Source: an uncultured Planctomycetales bacterium (GTDB taxonomy: Bacteria > Omnitrophota > Gorgyraeia > Zapsychrales > JAHFFX01). Taken from it: a stretch of 64,000 nt of DNA. Below, in pieces: positions 8,711 to 17,595 of this stretch; within the stretch, counting starts at the first letter, position 1; the number at the start of each line of letters is the position of its first letter. The stretch covers positions 77,750 through 141,749 of the forward strand of contig CAZTCI010000006.1 in NCBI GenBank assembly GCA_964612665.1. Reading direction: 5' to 3'. Under the pieces are notes generated by a model. It worked only from the letters and a program-made list of their open reading frames with translations, had not been told where the DNA came from and searched no databases. The position numbers and the translations under genes are program-made.

Positions 8711-9316
8711 ATGATAAAGGTCGTCGAAGTATTTCAAGCCGATAGAAATACAAAACGTGAATTGCCTCTTTTCCTTTCTAAAATTCGTGCAGGATTTCCG
8801 TCTCCTGCAGACGATTATCAAGATAAAAAACTCGATCTCAACGAATATTTGATAAAACACCAAGCCGCAACTTTCTTTGTGAGGGTCAGGGGCGACTCTA
8901 TGATCAAAGCAGGCATTCACTCGGGAGATATTCTTGTGGTTGATCGTTCTATTGAGCCAAAAGAGAAAAAGGTTGTGGTAGCTGTAGTAAATGGTGAATT
9001 TACCGTAAAGCGTGTTTGTAAAATAAAAAATAAACTATTTCTCATACCTGAAAGCGACGATTACACGCCTATTGAAACAAGTTGTAGCATAATAACTACT
9101 ATGCCCAATAAATTGATGGCTGGAATTCACGACCGAATGCCTGTTATTTTAGATAAAGAAAAAGAACGACAATGGTTAACTGAAAAAGACTTAGATAAAG
9201 CGATAGGTTTACTAAAGGCTTATAGTGCTATTAGAATGACAGCTTACCCTATTTCAATAGCAGTAAACAATCCTAGAAATAATTCAGCCGATATAATTAA
9301 ACCTTTGGAATTATAA
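8711..9316 (+). CDS. UmuD-like S24 peptidase fused to a C-terminal fragment of an SRAP (YedK-like) protein; chimeric, probably a remnant
   Basis: The first part matches UmuD: 'LPLFLSKIRAGFPSPADDY...FFVRVRGDSMIKAGIHSGDILVVDRS...EFTVKRV', with the A-G cleavage site and the Ser/Lys dyad. The second part, '...SIITTMPNKLMAGIHDRMPVIL...WL...AYPIS..VNNPRNN', matches the C-terminal half of SRAP. The N-terminal Cys2 half of SRAP is absent. Confidence 0.65.
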   Translation: MIKVVEVFQADRNTKRELPLFLSKIRAGFPSPADDYQDKKLDLNEYLIKHQAATFFVRVRGDSMIKAGIHSGDILVVDRSIEPKEKKVVVAVVNGEFTVKRVCKIKNKLFLIPESDDYTPIETSCSIITTMPNKLMAGIHDRMPVILDKEKERQWLTEKDLDKAIGLLKAYSAIRMTAYPISIAVNNPRNNSADIIKPLEL

Positions 9317-9348
9317 TTTCAGAAAACAGATTAGGAAATTAAATTACT

Positions 9349-10185
9349 TTGAAAGCCTTAAAATTACCTTTTGGATTAAAGAATAGCCAACTTATTCAAG
9401 TTTCGGATGTAGAATCTGGGTTGAAATGCGGGTGTAATTGTCGCGCTTGTGGGTATCCTCTTGTAGCAAAAAAAGGAAAAAGAAAAATTCATCATTTTGC
9501 ACATCACAAACAGCCAGATTGTAAATACGCTACAGAAACAGCGTTACATGAGGCCGCAAAAAAAGTAATTGAAGAAGCCGGTTACATAGTATTACCCGAA
9601 TTGAAATATAAAATTGGTGAAACGGGTCATCGATTAATTGTCAGTCAAGGTAAGTTACATTTTGAAGAAATTACTTTAGAGAAGAGATTTCATAATGTTA
9701 TTCCCGATATTTTAATAAAGCAAGAAGGACAATTTCTTAATGTGGAAATTTGCGTTACTCATAGAGTAGATGAGGAGAAATTAGAAAAGATAAAAGAGAG
9801 TAATTTGTCGACTCTAGAAATCGATTTGTCAAACATTGATCGGACGATTGGTTTTCCACTTCTAAAAGATTTGATAGTAAATTCAATTGAAAATAAAAAA
9901 TGGCTTTTTCATAGAGAATATAATGATTTAAAAGAAATGTTTATTGGGAGATCAAAATCAAAAAGATGTAGTGGTTATGATGGAATATCTGTTTCTAATT
10001 GCCCTAAGGCAATAGAAAGGTCGTATAGGTTACTTGGTCCTCACTTTGATAATGATTGTGGAAACTGTTCTTATTGTGTAGAACAATATAAGAATGATAA
10101 TTGGACGCTGAGAAAACTTAACTGCATTGGTCATTTAAACGAAGAAGAAATTAGTAATTCACTGAAAACCACAATCAGCATATAA
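9349..10185 (+). CDS. CoiA-like competence-family nuclease (Zn-finger + PD-ExK) with an extra C-terminal Cys cluster
   Basis: 'CGCNCRACGYPLVAKKGKRKIHHFAHHK' is the CoiA N-terminal C4 finger plus the HFAH motif. 'VIPDILIK...NVEICVTH' is the D...ExC/K nuclease core. The C-terminus adds 'CGNCSYC'. Confidence 0.6.
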   Translation: MKALKLPFGLKNSQLIQVSDVESGLKCGCNCRACGYPLVAKKGKRKIHHFAHHKQPDCKYATETALHEAAKKVIEEAGYIVLPELKYKIGETGHRLIVSQGKLHFEEITLEKRFHNVIPDILIKQEGQFLNVEICVTHRVDEEKLEKIKESNLSTLEIDLSNIDRTIGFPLLKDLIVNSIENKKWLFHREYNDLKEMFIGRSKSKRCSGYDGISVSNCPKAIERSYRLLGPHFDNDCGNCSYCVEQYKNDNWTLRKLNCIGHLNEEEISNSLKTTISI

Positions 10186-10227
10186 TTCAGATCGATTTTT
10201 GATAATGATTGCTCTAGACTACATAAA

Positions 10228-10704
10228 ATGAGAAAAAATCGAAAAATTAATATTCTATTAGTTGCGATACCATCTTTTTTTATACTTGGTTGTGCCACGA
10301 CAGAGAATTATGAAGCAATACTAAATCAATGGGTAGGTAAATCTGAAAGTGAATTAGTTACCGCTTGGGGCATCCCAAAAGATAATTATAAACTTGATGA
10401 TGGTGGCAAGATTTTACTTTATTCCAATAGCCATAGTGTTGAAACCGGTGGTTATTCATATACTATGCCTCAAACTACATATCGTACGGAGACTATACAA
10501 GGTACCCCGGTATATTCTAGGGACCCTATAGCCACTATGCAGTCAGCACAACCGAGGACATATCAAATAAAGACCACGGAAAATGTTACTACTACAGTAC
10601 CAAAAGCCATAAAAAATTATTCATGTGAAACCAGATTTCATCTTGATAATAAAGGTATTGTAAAAGATTGGAAATGGCAAGGCAACGACTGCGTATCCTA
10701 TTAG
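10228..10704 (+). CDS. Lipoprotein, hypothetical
   Basis: Signal peptide with an 'ILGC' lipobox. Confidence 0.55.
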   Translation: MRKNRKINILLVAIPSFFILGCATTENYEAILNQWVGKSESELVTAWGIPKDNYKLDDGGKILLYSNSHSVETGGYSYTMPQTTYRTETIQGTPVYSRDPIATMQSAQPRTYQIKTTENVTTTVPKAIKNYSCETRFHLDNKGIVKDWKWQGNDCVSY

Positions 10705-10720
10705 CGTTGAGAAATAAAAA

Positions 10721-11137
10721 ATGATTAGAAAAATTTTTTTGATCTTATTCTTATGCAGTATTCCTTTATTTTTCAATAAAGAACTTTACGCTGACGAACC
10801 GGAACAAATCTCGATTATAAACCTAATAGCTACTCCTGAAAAATATGAAGGTAAATTAATAATGATTTTTGGTTATGTAAAATTAGAATTTGAAGCAACA
10901 AGTGTTTATTTGACAAAAAGTGACATGGAAAATTATATATGTAAAAACGGTTTGTGGTTAAATGGCATCGGTTCTGATGAGTGGAAGAAATACGATGGTC
11001 AGTTATGTTTAATTGAAGGTATTTTTGATTCTACAATGACTGGTCATATGGGGGCTTGCAGTGGTGGAATTAAGAATGTTTCGAGACTTCAAGTTTGGAA
11101 CATTGAAAAAATAGCACCGAACGCTCATGCGAATTAG
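10721..11137 (+). CDS. Secreted hypothetical protein
   Basis: N-terminal signal peptide (LILFLCSIPLFFNKELYA). Confidence 0.5.
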   Translation: MIRKIFLILFLCSIPLFFNKELYADEPEQISIINLIATPEKYEGKLIMIFGYVKLEFEATSVYLTKSDMENYICKNGLWLNGIGSDEWKKYDGQLCLIEGIFDSTMTGHMGACSGGIKNVSRLQVWNIEKIAPNAHAN

Positions 11138-11390
11138 TAGTTAACCAGTTGATAAACTCGTCCATTAACTGACCCCAGTAATTTTCGTGCGGAATCTTCC
11201 GTCGAGATACAATGAGCCGTGATCGCCAGTGGTGGTCGCGGCTTTTTGCATGACCTAACGTTTCAAATGGTTAGGCGATTATTGTTTTATAGTTTCGATC
11301 AATTTTTCCCATTCATCCACCCACGCATCCAAATCCCGTCGGAAGTCCATAAAATCCGCTCAAAATGTATCTGTTTATCTGCGTTTTTGA

Positions 11391-11521
11391 CTATTTAACA
11401 GGCCGGATATTTAACTGCGATTTTGGGGATATTACCGCAGAATTTGGGACTTGTTGGTTTGGCAAATAAGCAGTTAAATGGAATCAGCGAAAGTGCGGCC
11501 GAATTTTCGGGCAGTTAAATG
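11391..11521. repeat. Cluster of three copies (two direct, one inverted) of GCAGTTAAAT in the intergenic region
   Basis: atttaactgcg at 11409-11419 (inverted); gcagttaaat at 11470-11479 and 11511-11520 (direct). Confidence 0.5.
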
Positions 11522-11593
11522 AGAATCGCTTTCCAGAGGGAGGTCTGCCGATCCCAATTGGATTTACAGTCGTATGAAATTTGTATTGTGATG

Positions 11594-11615
11594 CAATGTA
11601 ATACATGTTACATTG
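11594..11615. promoter_or_regulatory. 8-bp perfect inverted repeat CAATGTAA-n6-TTACATTG, 24 bp upstream of chrB (candidate operator)
   Basis: Arms at 11594-11601 and 11608-11615, placed immediately before the chrB start codon. Confidence 0.4.
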
Positions 11616-11638
11616 ATGATTAACCGAAAGGGAAAGTT

Positions 11639-12580
11639 ATGAATTGGTTAGTATTTTCCTACTCTTTATCTACAAAAATAAGTTCAAGTTCTCGGGTTGC
11701 CATCTGGAGGAGGCTGGGGCGATTGGGCGCAGTCACTCCGAAGGCCAGCGTTTATGTTTTGCCGGATAAAGAAGAATGTTTTGAATCGTTTCAGTGGCTC
11801 GCTCAAGAGGTTCAAGAAGCTAAAGGTGAAGCGGTTGTCATGCGGGTTAATAAATTTGAGGGGTTATCTGACACGCAATTGGTAAAAATTTTTCAGGAGG
11901 CAAGAAAAGATGATTATGCCGCGATTGATTTAGAATTGGATGGCTTTGAGAGGGAGATTCACATGAAAAATAAAATATCAAAACCTTCTCAAGTTGCGGA
12001 TGCGTTAAAGAAAATCCATAGTCGTTTTTCTGAAGCTAATGAAGTTGATTTCTTTGATTCTTCCAACGCTGTCCGAGTGCGTCAGCGCATTAATAAATTG
12101 GAAAAAGAATTAAACGCTTCCGAACATCCTGCGCAAAAGATTTCCAAAGTTTCTATTCGACAGTTCAAAAATAAACGATGGGTAACCCGTCCGCATCCTC
12201 ACGTTGATCGTCTGGCCTGTGCTTGGTTGATACGGCGTTTTATTAATCCCAAAGCCGTCATTCGCTATTCTGATAATCCCAAATCCGACGAGGTTCCCTT
12301 TGATATGAAAGACGCCACATTTGGTCATCAAGGGAATTTTTGCTCTTTTGAAACAATCATTCATTCGTTTAATTTACACAATGCTGGGTTAAACGCTCTT
12401 GCTGAAATTATTCACGAGATTGATTTAAAGGATGGTCGCTATGTCCGTCCCGAAATCGAAGGAGTTGCGGCTATTCTTAATGGATGGCGCTTGGCAGGTT
12501 TTTCTGATAGCCAGTTGGAATCCCACGGAATTAGCCTATTTGAAGGCCTCTACTCAGCATTAAATCACACAAAAAAATAA
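11639..12580 (+). CDS. chrB: Chromate resistance regulator ChrB
   Basis: The MNWLVFSYSL... start is typical of ChrB. The C-terminal 'WVTRPHPHVDRLACAWLIRRFINP' is the ChrB C-terminal domain signature. It is immediately upstream of chrA. Confidence 0.75.
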   Translation: MNWLVFSYSLSTKISSSSRVAIWRRLGRLGAVTPKASVYVLPDKEECFESFQWLAQEVQEAKGEAVVMRVNKFEGLSDTQLVKIFQEARKDDYAAIDLELDGFEREIHMKNKISKPSQVADALKKIHSRFSEANEVDFFDSSNAVRVRQRINKLEKELNASEHPAQKISKVSIRQFKNKRWVTRPHPHVDRLACAWLIRRFINPKAVIRYSDNPKSDEVPFDMKDATFGHQGNFCSFETIIHSFNLHNAGLNALAEIIHEIDLKDGRYVRPEIEGVAAILNGWRLAGFSDSQLESHGISLFEGLYSALNHTKK

Positions 12581-12585
12581 AATTT

Positions 12586-13749
12586 ATGTCAGTTCCCAGT
12601 GAAACAAAACCCGTTAATTGTAGCTTGAAAGAATTTTTTCTTTATTTCTTACAGTTAGGAACATTCGGTTTTGGAGGCCCCATCGCTTTGGCTGGTTACA
12701 TGCAGCGCGATCTTGTTGAACAAAAACGATGGATTTCAAAAGAAGATTATGTTGATGGTCTCGCACTCGCGCAACTTGCTCCGGGCCCTCTGGCCGCTCA
12801 ACTGGCGATGTATTTGGGGTGGGTGAGGGCAGGAGTTCTAGGGGCTACGCTTGTGAGTGTTGCATTTATTTTACCGTCGTTTTTAATGGTGCTTGTCATT
12901 TCAGCATTTTATTTGCGATTCGGCGGGCTTCCTTGGATGCAGGCAGTGTTTTATGGCATTGGGGCCGCTGTTATTGTGGTCATCGTCAGAAGCGCGTTCA
13001 AACTTGTCAAATTGACTTTAGCCAGAGACAAGGTATTGTGGGCTATTTTTATAGTCAGCGCAGTTATTACTGGCTGGACTGAATCAGAAATCATTTGGGT
13101 TTTTTTACTTTCCGGGGTCGCTGCTCTTTTTATTAAGGCACCGCCACGTTTTAATTCTAAAACAGCAATTTTTGCGGTTTTCCCTTCATGGCTTATTCAA
13201 GGCTTGCATGGCTCTGCTTCCGTTGGGCTATTGTGGAAAGTGCTTATTTATTTTGCAACAGCAGGATCAGTTGTTTTTGGAAGTGGTTTGGCGATTGTAC
13301 CTTTTATGCACGGAGGAGTGGTGAGTCATTATCAATGGCTTACTGAAAGGCAATTTATCGATGCGGTGGCTGTAGCAATGATTACGCCCGGGCCTGTTGT
13401 TATCACGGTCGCATTTGTCGGCTATCTTGTCGCTGGCCCTCTAGGAGCGGTGATGGCTTCTATCGGAGTCTTTTTGCCGACGTATTTGTTTGTTGTTATT
13501 CCCGCGCCTTTTTATAAACGTTATGCAAAGAATGCGCAAATCAAAGCATTTGTTGACGGCGTGACAGCCGCAGCAACGGGAGCGATTGCCGGTGCCGCTT
13601 TTGTGCTGGGGAAAAGGGCAATTATTGATGTTCAGACAATTTTGATTGCCCTGGTAACGTTTATCATTTTGTTTAAGTTTAAGAAAATACCAGAACCGAT
13701 AGTGATTCTATTGTCCGGATTTGCCGGTCTTTTATTATTTCATAAATAA
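12586..13749 (+). CDS. chrA: Chromate transporter ChrA (CHR family)
   Basis: 'FGFGGPIALAGYMQRDLVEQKRWIS...LALAQLAPGP' is the CHR family signature. It is duplicated in the second half ('ITPGPVVITVAFVGY'). Confidence 0.85.
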   Translation: MSVPSETKPVNCSLKEFFLYFLQLGTFGFGGPIALAGYMQRDLVEQKRWISKEDYVDGLALAQLAPGPLAAQLAMYLGWVRAGVLGATLVSVAFILPSFLMVLVISAFYLRFGGLPWMQAVFYGIGAAVIVVIVRSAFKLVKLTLARDKVLWAIFIVSAVITGWTESEIIWVFLLSGVAALFIKAPPRFNSKTAIFAVFPSWLIQGLHGSASVGLLWKVLIYFATAGSVVFGSGLAIVPFMHGGVVSHYQWLTERQFIDAVAVAMITPGPVVITVAFVGYLVAGPLGAVMASIGVFLPTYLFVVIPAPFYKRYAKNAQIKAFVDGVTAAATGAIAGAAFVLGKRAIIDVQTILIALVTFIILFKFKKIPEPIVILLSGFAGLLLFHK

Positions 13750-13759
13750 GGGAGGGATT

Positions 13760-14701
13760 ATGAAAAGGGCAACATTTTTATTAACAGGATTTTTGATCTT
13801 TTTTGCTGTGCAGACGCAAATCGTCGCGGCAAAAGAAAATAGTAAATCATCTATGAAAGAATCTGTGGAGCTAATATGGAATGAGCAAATAGAAAAAATT
13901 ACTGAGTTAAAAGGAACTTTCAACGATGACAAAAGTGTTTTTAAAGTGACATCACCGCGCAACGATGTGAAAGTTTCTGTTGATCAATGGTCGATGCCGC
14001 CGTTTATGGGATTAACTTCGTGGGCGGGATTTACCAAAGGTTCCAAGAAAAATATGATGGTGATGGGAGATTTGGTTTTATTTCAGGATGAAGTGAATCC
14101 TGTCATGAGTGTGGCCTTAGATAATGGGTTGCAGGTCACCGCCCTGCATAATCATTTCTTTTTTGATGAGCCAAAAGTTTATTTTATGCACATTGGCGGC
14201 GAGGGGAGTATAGAACAATTAGCAACGGGAGTTCGGAAAACCCTCGATAAGGTTAAAGAAATCCGTGCGGCTAATTCAAATCCTGTTAATAGCTTCGGAC
14301 GCGGAGACATTTCACAAACGAGTTCCATTACACCAAAAACTATTGAAGATATTTTAGGTGTAAAGGGGCAAAGCAAAGATGGGATGTTTAAGGTTGTTAT
14401 CGGACGAAAAACAAAAATGTCTTGTGGTTGTGAAGTTGGGAAGGATATGGGAATCAATACGTGGGCGGCATTCGCCGGGAGCGATGATAAAGCTATCGTT
14501 GACGGTGATTTTGTCGTCCATGAAGATGAACTTCAGTCTGTGCTTAAAAGTTTAAGGAACGCGAACATTAATGTTGTTGCCATTCACAGTCACATGACTC
14601 AAGAAAATCCTCGTTTATTGTTCATTCATTACTGGGGAATTGGTTCAGCTAAGGATTTGGCTGAGGGATTAAACACGGCTTTAAAAAAACAAAAACTATA
14701 A
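13760..14701 (+). CDS. Secreted protein with two internally repeated domains (DUF1259-like?)
   Basis: Signal peptide MKRATFLLTGFLIFFAVQTQIVAA. Two repeats of the form '...GD(L/F)V(L/V)...LQ...(V/I)TA(L/I)H(N/S)H...'. RBS GGGAGGG before the ATG at 13760. Confidence 0.55.
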   Translation: MKRATFLLTGFLIFFAVQTQIVAAKENSKSSMKESVELIWNEQIEKITELKGTFNDDKSVFKVTSPRNDVKVSVDQWSMPPFMGLTSWAGFTKGSKKNMMVMGDLVLFQDEVNPVMSVALDNGLQVTALHNHFFFDEPKVYFMHIGGEGSIEQLATGVRKTLDKVKEIRAANSNPVNSFGRGDISQTSSITPKTIEDILGVKGQSKDGMFKVVIGRKTKMSCGCEVGKDMGINTWAAFAGSDDKAIVDGDFVVHEDELQSVLKSLRNANINVVAIHSHMTQENPRLLFIHYWGIGSAKDLAEGLNTALKKQKL

Positions 14702-14721
14702 TCATAAGAAAGGAGTAGTCT

Positions 14722-15294
14722 ATGTGGTCAAAGAAAGAAATCCTAAGAACTATTGGAGTGGGGGTGGTTGTTTTATCGTTGGGCATCCTCGGATTGAAAA
14801 CTGCTATGGCTGAGGATATGGATGAGTATCAAGCATCCGACGCATTATTAAAAGCCCTTCCGTCGAGCAAGCATACGTTGGCCGATGGAATTAGTCAGGC
14901 CGCCCAAGGAGGAGAAAAAGCGGTTTCGGCGAAATTTGAAATGGACGATGGAAAGTTGTCGCTTTCAGTCTATACGGCAGATGCGGCAAATAATACTTTT
15001 AAAGAAGTCGCTGGTGATGCGGAGGCTGCAACTTGGAGTCCTCAAGCGGAAGTTATCAAAGAAGGCGAAGATTTACAAAACGCAAAAGAGCAACTGAAAG
15101 TCCTGACAGGTTCAAAGTTTTCACTGTTGGATTTTATTGCCAAGGCTCAGAAGGATCAACCGGGCACTGTGCTCTCCGCTATTCCCGAGGTTGAGGGAGG
15201 CAAGAGTGTCTGCGAAGTTAGAATCGTGTCACAGGGGAAAGTTATAGAAATTCATTACGATGTGACGAGTGGAGAAAAAGCGAATGTGGAATAA
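14722..15294 (+). CDS. PepSY-domain secreted protein
   Basis: Signal/TM segment followed by two PepSY-like modules ('...LSAIPEVEGGKSVCEVRIV...'). Confidence 0.55.
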   Translation: MWSKKEILRTIGVGVVVLSLGILGLKTAMAEDMDEYQASDALLKALPSSKHTLADGISQAAQGGEKAVSAKFEMDDGKLSLSVYTADAANNTFKEVAGDAEAATWSPQAEVIKEGEDLQNAKEQLKVLTGSKFSLLDFIAKAQKDQPGTVLSAIPEVEGGKSVCEVRIVSQGKVIEIHYDVTSGEKANVE

Positions 15295-15847
15295 GATAGA
15301 ATTAAAACACGTCAAAGTTACCATATTGAGTGTTTTTCTATCCATTCTGTTTGTTTCTCATGCAGGGGCGGCTTTGACACCGGCAGAATCAGATGCCATG
15401 AATGGTCAGGCCGCTCCTGTTTTTTCTTTTAAGACGTTAAAAGGAGACACCGTTTCATTGGCCGATTATCAAGGTCACCCGGTGCTTCTTAATTTCTTTG
15501 CCAGTTGGTGCCCGCCATGTCGGGCGGAAACAACGGAATTGATAAAGCTTGATGAGAAGTATGCATTTCAAGGTTTGGCCATTATCGGAGCGGCCACGGA
15601 TTCCAAATTGATTACGGATACGTCAAAAGAAAAAGAACAAGCCGATGTTGCTGAGCTGGCAGGTCAATTAAAAATACCTTATCCCGTTACAATTGCTGAT
15701 GAGAATTTGATAAGCGCCTACAAATTTATAGGAATTCCGACGATAGTATTTATCAATGGCGAAGGGAAGATTATAAAAATATTTTATGGGTACCATAGCG
15801 CTCAACAAATCGAGCAGGTCATTCAAAAATTATTTCCCGCAAAGTGA
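15284..15847 (+). CDS. Thiol-disulfide oxidoreductase, TlpA/ResA-like thioredoxin
   Basis: 'FFASWCPPCRAE' CxxC thioredoxin motif after a signal peptide. Start chosen at ATG 15284, which has a GGAGA RBS; the ORF-track GTG start is at 15269. Confidence 0.7.
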   Translation: MWNKIELKHVKVTILSVFLSILFVSHAGAALTPAESDAMNGQAAPVFSFKTLKGDTVSLADYQGHPVLLNFFASWCPPCRAETTELIKLDEKYAFQGLAIIGAATDSKLITDTSKEKEQADVAELAGQLKIPYPVTIADENLISAYKFIGIPTIVFINGEGKIIKIFYGYHSAQQIEQVIQKLFPAK

Positions 15848-16341
15848 TTGAATTAATCAAACCTTTCTATAAAGTCTTTACCAGCCCTCCTCAACAGTGG
15901 CATCCTTTACTTATTCATTTTCCATTGGTTTTCTTAATATTAGAAGCCTTCTTTATTTTAGTATTTTTTCTAACTAAAAAGAGCGACTACGAAAAGCTAG
16001 CACTTAATTTTTTGAAGGCAGCTTTTGTCTCTATTCTCATTGCGATGGCCGCTGGAATTCATGACTGCGGACTTAATCTTGGCCCGGGGAATAAATTTGT
16101 GCTGGGATTGCAGGATCGTTTTAAGAATGCTTTTCATTTTCAAAGTTCAGTAACAGTGCATTTCTGGCTTGCGATTGTATTATTGATTCTTGTTTTATGC
16201 CGTTTGGTTTGGTGTTCCTGTGAAGGAACAGGGTTTTGGAAAAGCAGAGAGCAAGCCAGTTTATATGGATTTCTCCTCTTGATCGGTCTTTGGGTGCTGC
16301 TAGCCATGAGTTATGTCGGCGGATCATTGACTCACCAATAG
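15844..16341 (+). CDS. DUF2231-like integral membrane protein
   Basis: 4-5 TM segments and a 'HPLLIHFPLVF' motif shared with the 24447..24884 paralog. GTG start overlaps the upstream stop (GTGA). Confidence 0.5.
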   Translation: MIELIKPFYKVFTSPPQQWHPLLIHFPLVFLILEAFFILVFFLTKKSDYEKLALNFLKAAFVSILIAMAAGIHDCGLNLGPGNKFVLGLQDRFKNAFHFQSSVTVHFWLAIVLLILVLCRLVWCSCEGTGFWKSREQASLYGFLLLIGLWVLLAMSYVGGSLTHQ

Positions 16342-16368
16342 AGCCTTTAACCTTATATCGGAGGCGCT

Positions 16369-16914
16369 TTGCACAAAAACATTAAAATTCTTTTAACCTG
16401 TTCAATTTTTATTCATGGCGGCATAAATCTTTTGGCACCGATTTATGCCATTTTTATTAAAAACATTGGTGGGACAATTATTGATGCCGGTGTAACTGTC
16501 GGTTTTTATGCCATCTTAAGAGGTATACTTTATTTCGCATTGAAAAATTTAAAGGAAAGTAAATTCAGCAAGAGGTTGATGATTTCGTTTGGTTATTTTA
16601 TTTTCTTTTTGGGTTATGTATTTTATATCTTTGCTTCCAATGTGACTCACGTGCTTATTATTCAAGGCCTGCTTGCTTTCGGGGAAGTGGTCATTAATCC
16701 TTCTTGGAGCGCTGTCATTGCCCAGGCGTTGACCAAAGGTAAAGAGAGAGGCATTTATTCTGACTTTTATGGATACAGATCTTTGTTTGAAGGAGCCGCT
16801 GCTATTTCAGGAGGACTCCTAGCAACTAAAGTAGGGTTTCATTTTTTATTTGGGTTAATGGCCAGTTTTGCCTTAATTGCAAGCTTTTTAAGTTTGTTGT
16901 TAAGAGATGAATGA
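16369..16914 (+). CDS. Six-TM membrane protein (MFS-half-like)
   Basis: TTG start 4 nt after GGAGG. The hydrophobicity pattern resembles the C-terminal half of an MFS transporter. Confidence 0.4.
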   Translation: MHKNIKILLTCSIFIHGGINLLAPIYAIFIKNIGGTIIDAGVTVGFYAILRGILYFALKNLKESKFSKRLMISFGYFIFFLGYVFYIFASNVTHVLIIQGLLAFGEVVINPSWSAVIAQALTKGKERGIYSDFYGYRSLFEGAAAISGGLLATKVGFHFLFGLMASFALIASFLSLLLRDE

Positions 16915-17156
16915 TTGATGTCCAAGGACAAAAAGTGGACATCCAATATGTATATGATATATAAAGAGTTAGTAGTTGTTCTCTCTCGAGGAAGTGGACA
17001 AAAATAATGGACTTTTAAGGTGTTTGTCCGCGTTTTGTCTATGGTCTGATGATCAGAGAACACTACTAAAAAATCAATCTGGCAGCTTCAAAAAATCGGT
17101 TTAATTTGGCAATTGAATCATGTATACTCAATGATTAATATTGATAGATTATTTTA

Positions 17157-17178
17157 GGTGGGTGTGTGGTCACCCACC
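17157..17178 (+). terminator. Stem-loop GGTGGGTG-n6-CACCCACC followed by CTTT (weak terminator-like)
   Basis: 8-bp perfect GC-rich stem in the intergenic region upstream of brnT. Confidence 0.3.
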
Positions 17179-17301
17179 CTTTGAATTAAATCATTGTAAT
17201 TAAATAAGTTACAATGGGTTTTTGTTGACTGATAGGATGTAAGAACCTGATCATTTTTCTGTTGAATTGTTTTTGATATATGTTATATTTACATTGTACA
17301 T

Positions 17302-17595
17302 ATGAATGAAATTCATTTTACTTGGGATAAACAAAAAGCAGTCTTAAATCAAAAGAAACATGGTGTTTCTTTTGAAGAAGCCAAAACCATTTTTTATGAT
17401 GACAATGCTGTAGAATTTTTTGATCCAGATCATTCGGAAGGCGAGGATCGATTTATCATGTTAGGAATGAGTTTTATGGCGCGTGTTTTAGTTGTTTGTC
17501 ATTGTGTGAGAGAAAAAGGTTCAATTATCAGGATCATTTCAGCTAGAAAAGCGACAAAACAGGAAAGCAAGAAATATCAGGAGGGAAAAATATGA
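17302..17595 (+). CDS. brnT: BrnT-family ribonuclease toxin (DUF497)
   Basis: MNEIHFTWDKQKAVLNQKKHGVSFEEA...RIISARKATKQE is typical of BrnT. It overlaps the downstream antitoxin by 4 nt. Confidence 0.8.
   Translation: MNEIHFTWDKQKAVLNQKKHGVSFEEAKTIFYDDNAVEFFDPDHSEGEDRFIMLGMSFMARVLVVCHCVREKGSIIRIISARKATKQESKKYQEGKI

Noticed and set aside
8705-8920. 71-aa minus-strand ORF overlapping the start of the UmuD-like gene
   Set aside because: It is antisense to a gene with a strong family match, and has no RBS or domain.
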